From Eledone cirrhosa (taxonomy: Eukaryota): DNA of 64,000 nt. The first letter of the stretch is position 1, and each line of letters starts with the position of its first letter. Position numbers and translations under genes: made by a program. The stretch is from the NCBI GenBank assembly GCA_964016885.1, contig OZ024758.1, positions 34,534,001 to 34,598,000 on the forward strand, read 5' to 3'. Of the stretch, positions 26,005 to 39,100 are shown one piece after another. Below the pieces are notes generated by a model, which was given only the letters and a program-made list of their open reading frames with translations, did no database searches and was not told the origin of the DNA.

Positions 26005-28590
26005 ATGGTATTAGCTGTCAGAAGTAACTCCAATGTTGGTGAGAATTCATTTAAGTCATGGTACTAGCTGTCAGAAGTAACTCCAATGTTGGTGAGAATT
26101 CATTTAAGTTCATGGTATTAGCTGTCAGAAGTAACTCCACTGTTGGTGAGAATTCGTTTAAGTTCATGGTATTAGCTGTCAGAAGTAACTCCACTGTTGG
26201 TGAGAATTCATTTAAGTTCATGGTATTAGCTGTCAGAAGTAACTCCACTGTTGGTGAGAATTCATTTAAGTTCATGGTATTAGCTGTCAGAAGTAACTCC
26301 ACTGTTGGTGAGAATTCATTTAAGTTCATGGTATTAGCTGTCAGAAGGAACTCCAATGTTGGTGAGAATTCATTTAAGTCATGGTACTAGCTGTCAGAAG
26401 TAACTCCACTGTTGGTGAGAATTCATTTAAGTTCATGGTATTAGCTGTCAGAAGGAACGCCACTGTTGGTGAGAATTCATTTAAGTTCATGGTATTAGCT
26501 GTCAGAAGTAACTCCACTGTTGGTGAGAATTCATTTAAGTTCATGCTACTAGCTGTCAGAAGTAACTCCTATGTTGGTGAGAATTCATTTAAGTTCATGG
26601 TATTAGCTGTCAGAAGGAACTCCACTGTTGCTGAGAATTCATTTAAGTTCATGGTATTAGCTGTCAGAAGTAACTCCACTGTTGGTGAGAATTCATTTAA
26701 GTTCATGGTGCTAGCTGTCAGAAGTAACTCCACTGTTGGTGAGAATTCATTTAAGTTCATGGTATTAGCTGTCAGAAGTAACTCCACTGTTGGTGAGAAT
26801 TCATTTAAGTTCATGGTATTAGCTGACAGAAGTCACTCCACTGTTGGTGAGGATTCATTTAAGTTCATGGTACTAGCTGTCAGAAGTAACTCCAATGTTG
26901 GTGAGAATTCATTTAAATTCATGGTATTAGCTGTCAGAAGTAACTCCACTGTTGGTGAGAATTCATTTAAGTTCATGGTATTAGCTGTCAGAAGTAACTC
27001 CACTGTTGGTGAGAATTCATTTAAGTTCATGGTATTAGCTGTCAGAAGTAACTCCACTGTTGGTGAGAATTCATTTAAGTTCATGGTACTAGCTGTCAGA
27101 AGTAACTCCAATGTTGGTGAGAATTCATTTAAGTTCATGGTATTAGCTGTCAGAAGTAACTCCACTGTTGGTGAGAATTCGTTTAAGTTCATGGTATTAG
27201 CTGTCAGAAGTAACTCCACTGTTGGTGAGAATTCATTTAAGTTCATGGTATTAGCTGTCAGAAGTAACTCCACTGTTGGTGAGAATTCATTTAAGTCATG
27301 GTATTAGCTGTCAGAAGTAACTCCAATGTTGGTGAGAATTCATTTAAGTCATGGTACTAGCTGTCAGAAGTAACTCCAATGTTGGTGAGAATTCATTTAA
27401 GTTCATGGTATTAGCTGTCAGAAGTAACTCCACTGTTGGTGAGAATTCGTTTAAGTTCATGGTATTAGCTGTCAGAAGTAACTCCACTGTTGGTGAGAAT
27501 TCATTTAAGTTCATGGTATTAGCTGTCAGAAGTAACTCCACTGTTGGTGAGAATTCATTTAAGTTCATGGTATTAGCTGTCAGAAGTAACTCCACTGTTG
27601 GTGAGAATTCATTTAAGTTCATGGTATTAGCTGTCAGAAGGAACTCCAATGTTGGTGAGAATTCATTTAAGTCATGGTACTAGCTGTCAGAAGTAACTCC
27701 ACTGTTGGTGAGAATTCATTTAAGTTCATGGTATTAGCTGTCAGAAGGAACGCCACTGTTGGTGAGAATTAATTTTAGTTCATGGTATTAGCTGTCAGAA
27801 GTAACTCCACTGTTGGTGAGAATTCATTTAAGTTCATGCTACTAGCTGTCAGAAGTAACTCCTATGTTGGTGAGAATTCATTTAAGTTCATGGTATTAGC
27901 TGTCAGAAGGAACTCCACTGTTGCTGAGAATTCATTTAAGTTCATGGTATTAGCTGTCAGAAGTAACTCCACTGTTGGTGAGAATTCATTTAAGTTCATG
28001 GTGCTAGCTGTCAGAAGTAACTCCACTGTTGGTGAGAATTCATTTAAGTTCATGGTATTAGCTGTCAGAAGTAACTCCACTGTTGGTGAGAATTCATTTA
28101 AGTTCATGGTATTAGCTGACAGAAGTCACTCCACTGTTGGTGAGGATTCATTTAAGTTCATGGTACTAGCTGTCAGAAGTAACTCCAATGTTGGTGAGAA
28201 TTCATTTAAATTCATGGTATTAGCTGTCAGAAGTAACTCCACTGTTGGTGAGAATTCATTTAAGTTCATGGTATTAGCTGTCAGAAGTAACTCCACTGTT
28301 GGTGAGAATTCATTTAAGTTCATGGTATTAGCTGTCAGAAGTAACTCCACTGTTGGTGAGAATTCATTTAAGTTCATGGTACTAGCTGTCAGAAGTAACT
28401 CCAATGTTGGTGAGAATTCATTTAAGTTCATGGTATTAGCTGTCAGAAGTAACTCCACTGTTGGTGAGAATTCATTTAAGTTCATGGTATTAGCTGTCAG
28501 AAGTAACTCCACTGTTGGTGAGAATTCATTTAAGTTCATGGTACTAGCTGTCAGAAGTAACTCCACTGTTGGTGAGAATTCATTTAAGTT
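26005..28590. repeat. Tandem duplication of 1293 bp (24 monomers)
   Basis: Landmarks 26058/27351 and 26569/27862 are offset by 1293 bp, and both copies carry the TTCGTTT marker. The distal ends differ slightly. Confidence 0.82.
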
Positions 28591-31500
28591 CATGGTATTA
28601 GTTTGTCAGAAGTAACTCCACTGTTGGTGAGAATTCATTTAAGTCATGGTATTAGTTGTCAGAAGTAACTCCAATGTTGGTGAGAATTCATTTAAGTTCA
28701 TGGTACTAGCTGTCAGAAGTAAATCCACTGTTGGTGAGAATTCATTTAAGTTCATGGTATTAGCTGTCAGAAGTAACTCCACTGTTGGTGAGAATTCATT
28801 TAAGTTCATGGTATTAGCTGTCAGAAGTAACTCCACTGTTGGTGAGAATTCATTTAAGTTCATGGTATTAGCTGTCAGAAGTAACTCCACTGTTGGTGAG
28901 AATTCATTTAAGTTCATGGTACTAGCTGTCAGAAGTAACTCCAATGTTGGTGAGAATTCATTTAAGTTCATGGTATTAGCTGTCAGAAGTAACTCCACTG
29001 TTGGTGAGAATTCATTTAAGTCATGGTATTAGCTGTCAGAAGTAACTCCACTGTTGGTGAGAATTCATTTAAGTTCATGGTATTAGCTGTCAGAAGTAAC
29101 TCCACTGTTGGTGAGAATTCATTTAAGTTCATGGTACTAGCTGTCAGAAGTAACTCCAATGTTGGTGAGAATTCATTTAAGTTCATGGTATTAGCTGTCA
29201 GAAGTAACTCCACTGTTGGTGAGAATTCATTTAAGTCATGGTATTAGCTGTCAGAAGTAACTCCACTGTTGGTGAGAATTCATTTAAGTTCATGGTATTA
29301 GCTGTCAGAAGTAACTCCACTGTTGGTGAGAATTCATTTAAGTTCATGGTATTAGCTGTCAGAAGTAACTCCACTGTTGGTGAGAATTCATTTAAGTTCA
29401 TGGTATTAGCTGTCAGAAGTAACTCCACTGTTGGTGAGAATTCATTTAAGTTCATGGTATTAGCTGTCAGAAGTAACTCCACTGTTGGTGAGAATTCATT
29501 TAAGTCATGGTATTAGCTGTCAGAAGTAACTCAAATGTTGGTGAGAATTCATTTAAGTTCATGGTATTAGCTGTCAGAAGTCACTCCACTGTTGGTGAGA
29601 ATTCATTTAAGTTCATGGTACTAGCTGTCAGAAGTAACCCCAATGTTGGTGAGAATTCATTTAAGTTCATGGTATTAGCTGTCAGAAGTCACTCCAATGT
29701 TGGTGAGAATTCATTTAAGTTCATGGTATTAGCTGTCAGAATTAACTCCACTGTTGGTAAGAATTCATTTAAGTTCATGGTATTAGCTGTCAGAAGTAAC
29801 TCCACTGTTGGTGAGAATTCATTTAAGTTCATGGTATTAGCTGTCAGAAGGAACGCCACTGTTGGTGAGAATTCATTTAAGTTCATGGTATTAGCTGTCA
29901 GAAGTAACTCCACTGTTGGTGAGAATTCATTTAAGTTCATGCTACTAGCTGTCAGAAGTAACTCCTATGTTGGTGAGAATTCATTTAAGTTCATGGTATT
30001 AGCTGTCAGAAGTAACTCCACTGTTGGTGAGAATTCATTTAAGTCATGGTATTAGCTGTCAGAAGTAACTCCATTGTTGGTGAGAATTCAATTAAGTCAT
30101 GGTACTAGCTGTCAGAAGTAACTCCAATGTTGGTGAGAATTCATTTAAGTTCATGTTATTAGCTGTCAGAAGGAACTCCACTGTTGGTGAGAATTCATTT
30201 AAGTTCATGGTATTAGCTGTCAGAAGTAACTCCACTGTTGGTGAGAATTCATTTAAGTTCATGGTATTAGCTGTCAGAAGTAACTGCACCGTTGGTGAGA
30301 ATTCATTTAAGTTCATGGTACTAGCTGTCAGAAGTAACTCCAATGTTGGTGAGAATTCATTTAAGTTCATGGTATTAGCTGTCAGAAGTAACTCCACTGT
30401 TGGTGAGAATTCATTTAAGTTCATGGTATTAGCTGTCAGAAGTAACTCCACTGTTGGTGAGAATTCATTTAAGTTCATGGTATTAGCTGTCAGAAGTAAC
30501 TCCACTGTTGGTGAGAATTCATTTAAGTTCATGGTACTAGCTGTCAGAAGTAACTCCAATGTTGGTGAGAATTCATTTATGTTCATGGTATTAGCTGTCA
30601 GAAGTAACTCCACTGTTGGTGAGAATTCATTTACGTCATGGTATTAGCTGTCAGAAGTAACTCCACTGTTGGTGAGAATTCATTTAAGTTCATGGTATTA
30701 GCTGTCAGAAGTAACTCCACTGTTGGTGAGAATTCATTTAAGTTCATGGTACTAGCTGTCAGAAGTAACTCCAATGTTGGTGAGAATTCATTTAAGTTCA
30801 TGGTATTAGCTGTCAGAAGTAACTCCACTGTTGGTGAGAATTCATTTAAGTCATGGTATTAGCTGTCAGAAGTAACTCCACTGTTGGTGAGAATTCATTT
30901 AAGTCATGGTATTAGCTGTCAGAAGTAACTCCAATGTTGGTGAGAATTCATTTAAGTTCATGGTACTAGCTGTCAGAAGTCACTCCACTGTTGGTGAGAA
31001 TTCATTTAAGTTCATGGTACTAGCTGTCAGAAGTAACCCCAATGTTGGTGAGAATTCATTTAAGTTCATGGTATTAGCTGTCAGAAGTCACTCCAATGTT
31101 GGTGAGAATTCATTTAAGTTCATGGTATTAGCTGTCAGAATTAACTCCACTGTTGGTAAGAATTCATTTAAGTTCATGGTATTAGCTGTCAGAAGTAACT
31201 CCACTGTTGGTGAGAATTCATTTAAGTTCATGGTATTAGCTGTCAGAAGGAACGCCACTGTTGGTGAGAATTCATTTAAGTTCATGGTATTAGCTGTCAG
31301 AAGTAACTCCACTGTTGGTGAGAATTCATTTAAGTTCATGCTACTAGCTGTCAGAAGTAACTCCTATGTTGGTGAGAATTCATTTAAGTTCATGGTATTA
31401 GCTGTCAGAAGGAACTCCACTGTTGCTGAGAATTCATTTAAGTTCATGGTATTGGCTGTCAGAAGTAACTCCACTGTTGGTGAGAATTCATTTAAGTTCA

Positions 31501-34356
31501 TGGTGCTAGCTGTCAGAAGTAACTCCACTGTTGGTGAGAATTCATTTAAGTTCATGGTATTAGCTGTCAGAAGTAACTCCACTGTTGGTGAGAATTCATT
31601 TAAGTTCATGGTATTAGCTGACAGAAGTCACTCCACTGTTGGTGAGGATTCATTTAAGTTCGTGGTACTAGCTGTCAGAAGTAACTCCAATGTTGGTGAG
31701 AATTCATTTAAATTCATGGTATTAGCTGTCAGAAGTAACTCCACTGTTGGTGAGAATTCATTTAAGTTCATGGTATTAGCTGTCAGAAGTAACTCCACTG
31801 TTGGTGAGAATTCATTTAAGTTCATGGTATTAGCTGTCAGAAGTAACTCCACTGTTGGTGAGAATTCATTTAAGTTCATGGTACTAGCTGTCAGAAGTAA
31901 CTCCAATGTTGGTGAGAATTCATTTAAGTTCATGGTATTAGCTGTCAGAAGTAACTCCACTGTTGGTGAGAATTCATTTAAGTTCATGGTATTAGCTGTC
32001 AGAAGTAACTCCACTGTTGGTGAGAATTCATTTAAGTTCATGGTACTAGCTGTCAGAAGTAACTCCACTGTTGGTGAGAATTCATTTAAGTTCATGGTAT
32101 TAGTTTGTCAGAAGTAACTCCACTGTTGGTGAGAATTCATTTAAGTCATGGTATTAGTTGTCAGAAGTAACTCCAATGTTGGTGAGAATTCATTTAAGTT
32201 CATGGTACTAGCTGTCAGAAGTAAATCCACTGTTGGTGAGAATTCATTTAAGTTCATGGTATTAGCTGTCAGAAGTAACTCCACTGTTGGTGAGAATTCA
32301 TTTAAGTTCATGGTATTAGCTGTCAGAAGTAACTCCACTGTTGGTGAGAATTCATTTAAGTTCATGGTACTAGCTGTCAGAAGTAACTCCAATGTTGGTG
32401 AGAATTCATTTAAGTTCATGGTATTAGCTGTCAGAAGTAACTCCACTGTTGGTGAGAATTCATTTAAGTCATGGTATTAGCTGTCAGAAGTAACTCCACT
32501 GTTGGTGAGAATTCATTTAAGTTCATGGTATTAGCTGTCAGAAGTAACTCCACTGTTGGTGAGAATTCATTTAAGTTCATGGTACTAGCTGTCAGAAGTA
32601 ACTCCAATGTTGGTGAGAATTCATTTAAGTTCATGGTATTAGCTGTCAGAAGTAACTCCACTGTTGGTGAGAATTCATTTAAGTCATGGTATTAGCTGTC
32701 AGAAGTAACTCCACTGTTGGTGAGAATTCATTTAAGTTCATGGTATTAGCTGTCAGAAGTAACTCCACTGTTGGTGAGAATTCATTTAAGTTCATGGTAT
32801 TAGCTGTCAGAAGGAACTCCACTGTTGGTGAGAATTCATTTAAGTTCATGGTATTAGCTGTCAGAAGTAACTCCACTGTTGGTGAGAATTCATTTAAGTT
32901 CATGGTATTAGCTGTCAGAAGTAACTCCACTGTTGGTGAGAATTCATTTAAGTTCATGGTATTAGTTTGTCAGAAGTAACTCCACTGTTGGTGAGAATTC
33001 ATTTAAGTCATGGTATTAGTTGTCAGAAGTAACTCCACTGTTGGTGAGAATTCATTTAAGTTCATGGTAATAGCTGTCAGAAGTAACTCCACTGTTGGTG
33101 AGAATTCATTTAAGTCATGGTATTAGCTGTCAGAAGTAACTCCAATGTTGGTGAGAATTCATTTAAGTCATGGTACTAGCTGTCAGAAGTAACTCCAATG
33201 TTGGTGAGAATTCATTTAAGTTCATGGTATTAGCTGTCAGAAGTAACTCCACTGTTGGTGAGAATTCATTTAAGTTCATGGTATTAGCTGTCAGAAGTAA
33301 CTCCACTGTTGGTGAGAATTCATTTAAGTCATGGTATTAGCTGTCAGAAGTAACTCCAATGTTGGTGAGAATTCATTTAAGTTCATGGTATTAGCTGTCA
33401 GAAGTCACTCCACTGTTGGTGAGAATTCATTTAAGTTCATGGTACTAGCTGTCAGAAGTAACCCCAATGTTGGTGAGAATTCATTTAAGTTCATGGTATT
33501 AGCTGTCAGAAGTCACTCCAATGTTGGTGAGAATTCATTTAAGTTCATGGTATTAGCTGTCAGAATTAACTCCACTGTTGGTAAGAATTCATTTAAGTTC
33601 ATGGTATTAGCTGTCAGAAGTAACTCCACTGTTGGTGAGAATTCATTTAAGTTCATGGTATTAGCTGTCAGAAGGAACGCCACTGTTGGTGAGAATTCAT
33701 TTAAGTTCATGGTATTAGCTGTCAGAAGTAACTCCACTGTTGGTGAGAATTCATTTAAGTTCATGCTACTAGCTGTCAGAAGTAACTCCTATGTTGGTGA
33801 GAATTCATTTAAGTTCATGGTATTAGCTGTCAGAAGGAACTCCACTGTTGCTGAGAATTCATTTAAGGTCATGGTATTAGCTGTCAGAAGTAACTCCACT
33901 GTTGGTGAGAATTCATTTAAGTTCATGGTGCTAGCTGTCAGAAGTAACTCCACTGTTGGTGAGAATTCATTTAAGTTCATGGTATTAGCTGTCAGAAGTA
34001 ACTCCACTGTTGGTGAGAATTCATTTAAGTTCATGGTATTAGCTGACAGAAGTCACTCCACTGTTGGTGAGGATTCATTTAAGTTCATGGTACTAGCTGT
34101 CAGAAGTAACTCCAATGTTGGTGAGAATTCATTTAAATTCATGGTATTAGCTGTCAGAAGTAACTCCACTGTTGGTGAGAATTCATTTAAGTTCATGGTA
34201 TTAGCTGTCAGAAGTAACTCCACTGTTGGTGAGAATTCATTTAAGTTCATGGTATTAGCTGTCAGAAGTAACTCCACTGTTGGTGAGAATTCATTTAAGT
34301 TCATGGTACTAGCTGTCAGAAGTAACTCCAATGTTGGTGAGAATTCATTTAAGTTC

Positions 34357-36184
34357 ATGGTATTAGCTGTCAGAAGTAACTCCACTGTTGGTGAGAATTC
34401 AGTTAAGCCATGGTATTAGCTGTCAGAAGTAACTCCAATGTTGGTGAGAATTCATTTAAGTTCATGGTATTAGCTGTCAGAAGTAACTCCACTGTTGGTG
34501 AGAATTCATTTAAGTTCATGGTATTAGCTGTCAGAAGTAACTCCACTGTTGGTGAGAATTCATTTAAGTTCATGGTACTAGCTGTCAGAAGTAACTCCAC
34601 TGTTGGTGAGAATTCATTTAAGTTCATGGTATTAGTTTGTCAGAAGTAACTCCACTGTTGGTGAGAATTCATTTAAGTCATGGTATTAGTTGTCAGAAGT
34701 AACTCCAATGTTGGTGAGAATTCATTTAAGTTCATGGTACTAGCTGTCAGAAGTAAATCCACTGTTGGTGAGAATTCATTTAAGTTCATGGTATTAGCTG
34801 TCAGAAGTAACTCCACTGTTGGTGAGAATTCATTTAAGTCATGGTATTAGCTGTCAGAAGTAACTCCAATGTTGGTGAGAATTCATTTAAGTCATGGTAT
34901 TAGCTGTCAGAAGTAACTCCAATGTTGGTGAGAATTCATTTAAGTCATGGTACTAGCTGTCAGAAGTAACTCCAATGTTGGTGAGAATTCATTTAAGTTC
35001 ATGGTATTAGCTGTCAGAAGTAACTCCACTGTTGGTGAGAATTCGTTTAAGTTCATGGTATTAGCTGTCAGAAGTAACTCCACTGTTGGTGAGAATTCAT
35101 TTAAGTTCATGGTATTAGCTGTCAGAAGTAACTCCACTGTTGGTGAGAATTCATTTAAGTTCATGGTATTAGCTGTCAGAAGTAACTCCACTGTTGGTGA
35201 GAATTCATTTAAGTTCATGGTATTAGCTGTCAGAAGGAACTCCAATGTTGGTGAGAATTCATTTAAGTTCATGGTATTAGCTGTCAGAAGTAACTCCACT
35301 GTTGGTGAGAATTCAGTTAAGCCATGGTATTAGCTGTCAGAAGTAACTCCAATGTTAGTGAGAATTCATTTAAGTTCATGGTATTAGCTGTCAGAAGTAA
35401 CTCCACTGTTGGTGAGAATTCATTTAAGTTCATGGTATTAGCTGTCAGAAGTAACTCCACTGTTGGTGAGAATTCATTTAAGTTCATGGTACTAGCTGTC
35501 AGAAGTAACTCCACTGTTGGTGAGAATTCATTTAAGTTCATGGTATTAGTTTGTCAGAAGTAACTCCACTGTTGGTGAGAATTCATTTAAGTCATGGTAT
35601 TAGTTGTCAGAAGTAACTCCAATGTTGGTGAGAATTCATTTAAGTTCATGGTACTAGCTGTCAGAAGTAAATCCACTGTTGGTGAGAATTCATTTAAGTT
35701 CATGGTATTAGCTGTCAGAAGTAACTCCACTGTTGGTGAGAATTCATTTAAGTCATGGTATTAGCTGTCAGAAGTAACTCCAATGTTGGTGAGAATTCAT
35801 TTAAGTCATGGTATTAGCTGTCAGAAGTAACTCCAATGTTGGTGAGAATTCATTTAAGTCATGGTACTAGCTGTCAGAAGTAACTCCAATGTTGGTGAGA
35901 ATTCATTTAAGTTCATGGTATTAGCTGTCAGAAGTAACTCCACTGTTGGTGAGAATTCGTTTAAGTTCATGGTATTAGCTGTCAGAAGTAACTCCACTGT
36001 TGGTGAGAATTCATTTAAGTTCATGGTATTAGCTGTCAGAAGTAACTCCACTGTTGGTGAGAATTCATTTAAGTTCATGGTATTAGCTGTCAGAAGTAAC
36101 TCCACTGTTGGTGAGAATTCATTTAAGTTCATGGTATTAGCTGTCAGAAGGAACTCCAATGTTGGTGAGAATTCATTTAAGTTC
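34357..36184. repeat. Tandem duplication of 914 bp (17 monomers)
   Basis: CAGTTAAGCCATG monomers start at 34357 and 35271. Landmarks 34410/35324 and 34947/35861 are offset by 914 bp. Confidence 0.88.
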
Positions 36185-39100
36185 ATGGTATTAGCTGTCA
36201 GAAGTAACTCCACTGTTGGTGAGAATTCATTTAAGTTCATGGTACTAGCTGTCAGAAGTAACTCCAATGTTGGTGAGAATTCATTTAAGTTCATGGTATT
36301 AGCTGTCAGAAGGAACTCCACTGTTGCTGAGAATTCATTTAAGTTCATGGTATTAGCTGTCAGAAGTAACTCCACTGTTGGTGAGAATTCATTTAAGTTC
36401 ATGGTACTAGCTGTCAGAAGTAACTCCACTGTTGGTGAGAATTCATTTAAGTTCATGGTATTAGCTGTCAGAAGTCACTCCAATGTTGGTGAGAATTCAT
36501 TTAGGTTCATGGTATTAGCTGTCAGAAGTCACTCCACTGTTGGTGAGAATTCATTTAAGTTCATGGTATTAGCTGTCAGAAGTAACTCCACTGTTGGTGA
36601 GAATTCATTTATGTTCATGGTATTAGTTTGTCAGAAGTAACTCCACTGTTGGTGAGAATTCATTTAAGTCATGGTATTAGTTGTCAGAAGTAACTCCAAT
36701 GTTGGTGAGAATTCATTTAAGTTCATGGTATTAGCTGTCAGAAGGAACGCCACTGTTGGTGAGAATTCATTTAAGTTCATGGTATTAGCTGTCAGAAGTA
36801 ACTCCACTGTTGGTGAGAATTCATTTAAGTTCATGGTACTAGCTGTCAGAAGTAACTCCAATGTTGGTGAGAATTCATTTAAGTTCATGGTATTAGCTGT
36901 CAGAAGGAACTCCACTGTTGGTGAGAATTCATTTAAGTTCATGGTATTAGCTGTCAGAAGTAACTCCACTATTGGTGAGAATTCATTTAAGTCATGGTAT
37001 TAGCTGTCAGAAGTAACTCCATTGTTGGTGAGAATTCAATTAAGTCATGGTACTAGCTGTCAGAAGTAACTCCAATGTTGGTGAGAATTCATTTAAGTTC
37101 ATGTTATTAGCTGTCAGAAGGAACTCCACTGTTGGTGAGAATTCATTTAAGTTCATGGTATTAGCTGTCAGAAGTAACTCCACTGTTGGTGAGAATTCAT
37201 TTAAGTTCATGGTATTAGCTGTCAGAAGTAACTCCACTGTTGGTGAGAATTCATTTAAGTTCATGGTATAAGCTGTCAGAAGTAACTCCACTGTTGGTGA
37301 GAATTCATTTAAGTTCATGGTATTAGCTGTCAGAAGTAACTCCACTGTTGGTGAGAATTCATTTAAGTTCATGGTACTAGCTGTCAGAAGTAACTCCAAT
37401 GTTGGTGAGAATTCATTTAAGTTCATGGTATTAGCTGTCAGAAGTAACTCCACTGTTGGTGAGAATTCATTTAAGTCATGGTATTAGCTGTCAGAAGTAA
37501 CTCCACTGTTGGTGAGAATTCATTTAAGTTCATGGTATTAGCTGTCAGAAGTAACTCCACTGTTGGTGAGAATTCATTTAAGTTCATGGTATTAGTTTGT
37601 CAGAAGTAACTCCACTGTTGGTGAGAATTCATTTAAGTCATGGTATTAGTTGTCAGAAGTAACTCCACTGTTGGTGAGAATTCATTTAAGTTCATGGTAA
37701 TAGCTGTCAGAAGTAACTCCACTGTTGGTGAGAATTCATTTAAGTCATGGTATTAGCTGTCAGAAGTAACTCCAATGTTGGTGAGAATTCATTTAAGTCA
37801 TGGTACTAGCTGTCAGAAGTAACCCCAATGTTGGTGAGAATTCATTTAAGTTCATGGTATTAGCTGTCAGAAGTCACTCCAATGTTGGTGAGAATTCATT
37901 TAAGTTCATGGTATTAGCTGTCAGAAGTAACTCCACTGTTGGTAAGAATTCATTTAAGTTCATGGTATTAGCTGTCAGAAGTAACTCCACTGTTGGTGAG
38001 AATTCATTTAAGTTCATGGTATTAGCTGTCAGAAGGAACGCCACTGTTGGTGAGAATTCATTTAAGTTCATGGTATTAGCTGTCAGAAGTAACTCCACTG
38101 TTGGTGAGAATTCATTTAAGTTCATGCTACTAGCTGTCAGAAGTAACTCCTATGTTGGTGAGAATTCATTTAAGTTCATGGTATTAGCTGTCAGAAGGAA
38201 CTCCACTGTTGCTGAGAATTCATTTAAGTTCATGGTATTAGCTGTCAGAAGTAACTCCACTGTTGGTGAGAATTCATTTAAGTTCATGGTGCTAGCTGTC
38301 AGAAGTAACTCCAATGTTGGTGAGAATTCATTTAAGTTCATGGTATTAGCTGACAGAAGTCACTCCACTGTTGGTGAGGATTCATTTAAGTTCATGGTAC
38401 TAGCTGTCAGAAGTAACTCCAATGTTGGTGAGAATTCATTTAAATTCATGGTATTAGCTGTCAGAAGTAACTCCACTGTTGGTGAGAATTCATTTAAGTT
38501 CATGGTATTAGCTGTCAGAAGTAACTCCACTGTTGGTGAGAATTCATTTAAGTTCATGGTATTAGCTGTCAGAAGTAACTCCACTGTTGGTGAGAATTCA
38601 TTTAAGTTCATGGTACTAGCTGTCAGAAGTAACTCCAATGTTGGTGAGAATTCATTTAAGTTCATGGTATTAGCTGTCAGAAGTAACTCCACTGTTGGTG
38701 AGAATTCATTTAAGTCATGGTATTAGCTGTCAGAAGTAACTCCACTGTTGGTGAGAATTCATTTAAGTTCATGGTATTAGCTGTCAGAAGTAACTCCACT
38801 GTTGGTGAGAATTCATTTAAGTCATGGTATTAGCTGTCAGAAGTAACTCCACTGTTGGTGAGAATTCATTTAAGTTCATGGTATTAGCTGTCAGAAGTAA
38901 CTCCACTGTTGGTGAGAATTCATTTAAGTTCATGGTATTAGCTGTCAGAAGTAACTCCACTGTTGGTGAGAATTCATTTAAGTTCATGGTATTAGTTTGT
39001 CAGAAGTAACTCCACTGTTGGTGAGAATTCATTTAAGTCATTGTATTAGTTGTCAGAAGTAACTCCAATGTTGGTGAGAATTAATTTAAGTTCATGGTAC

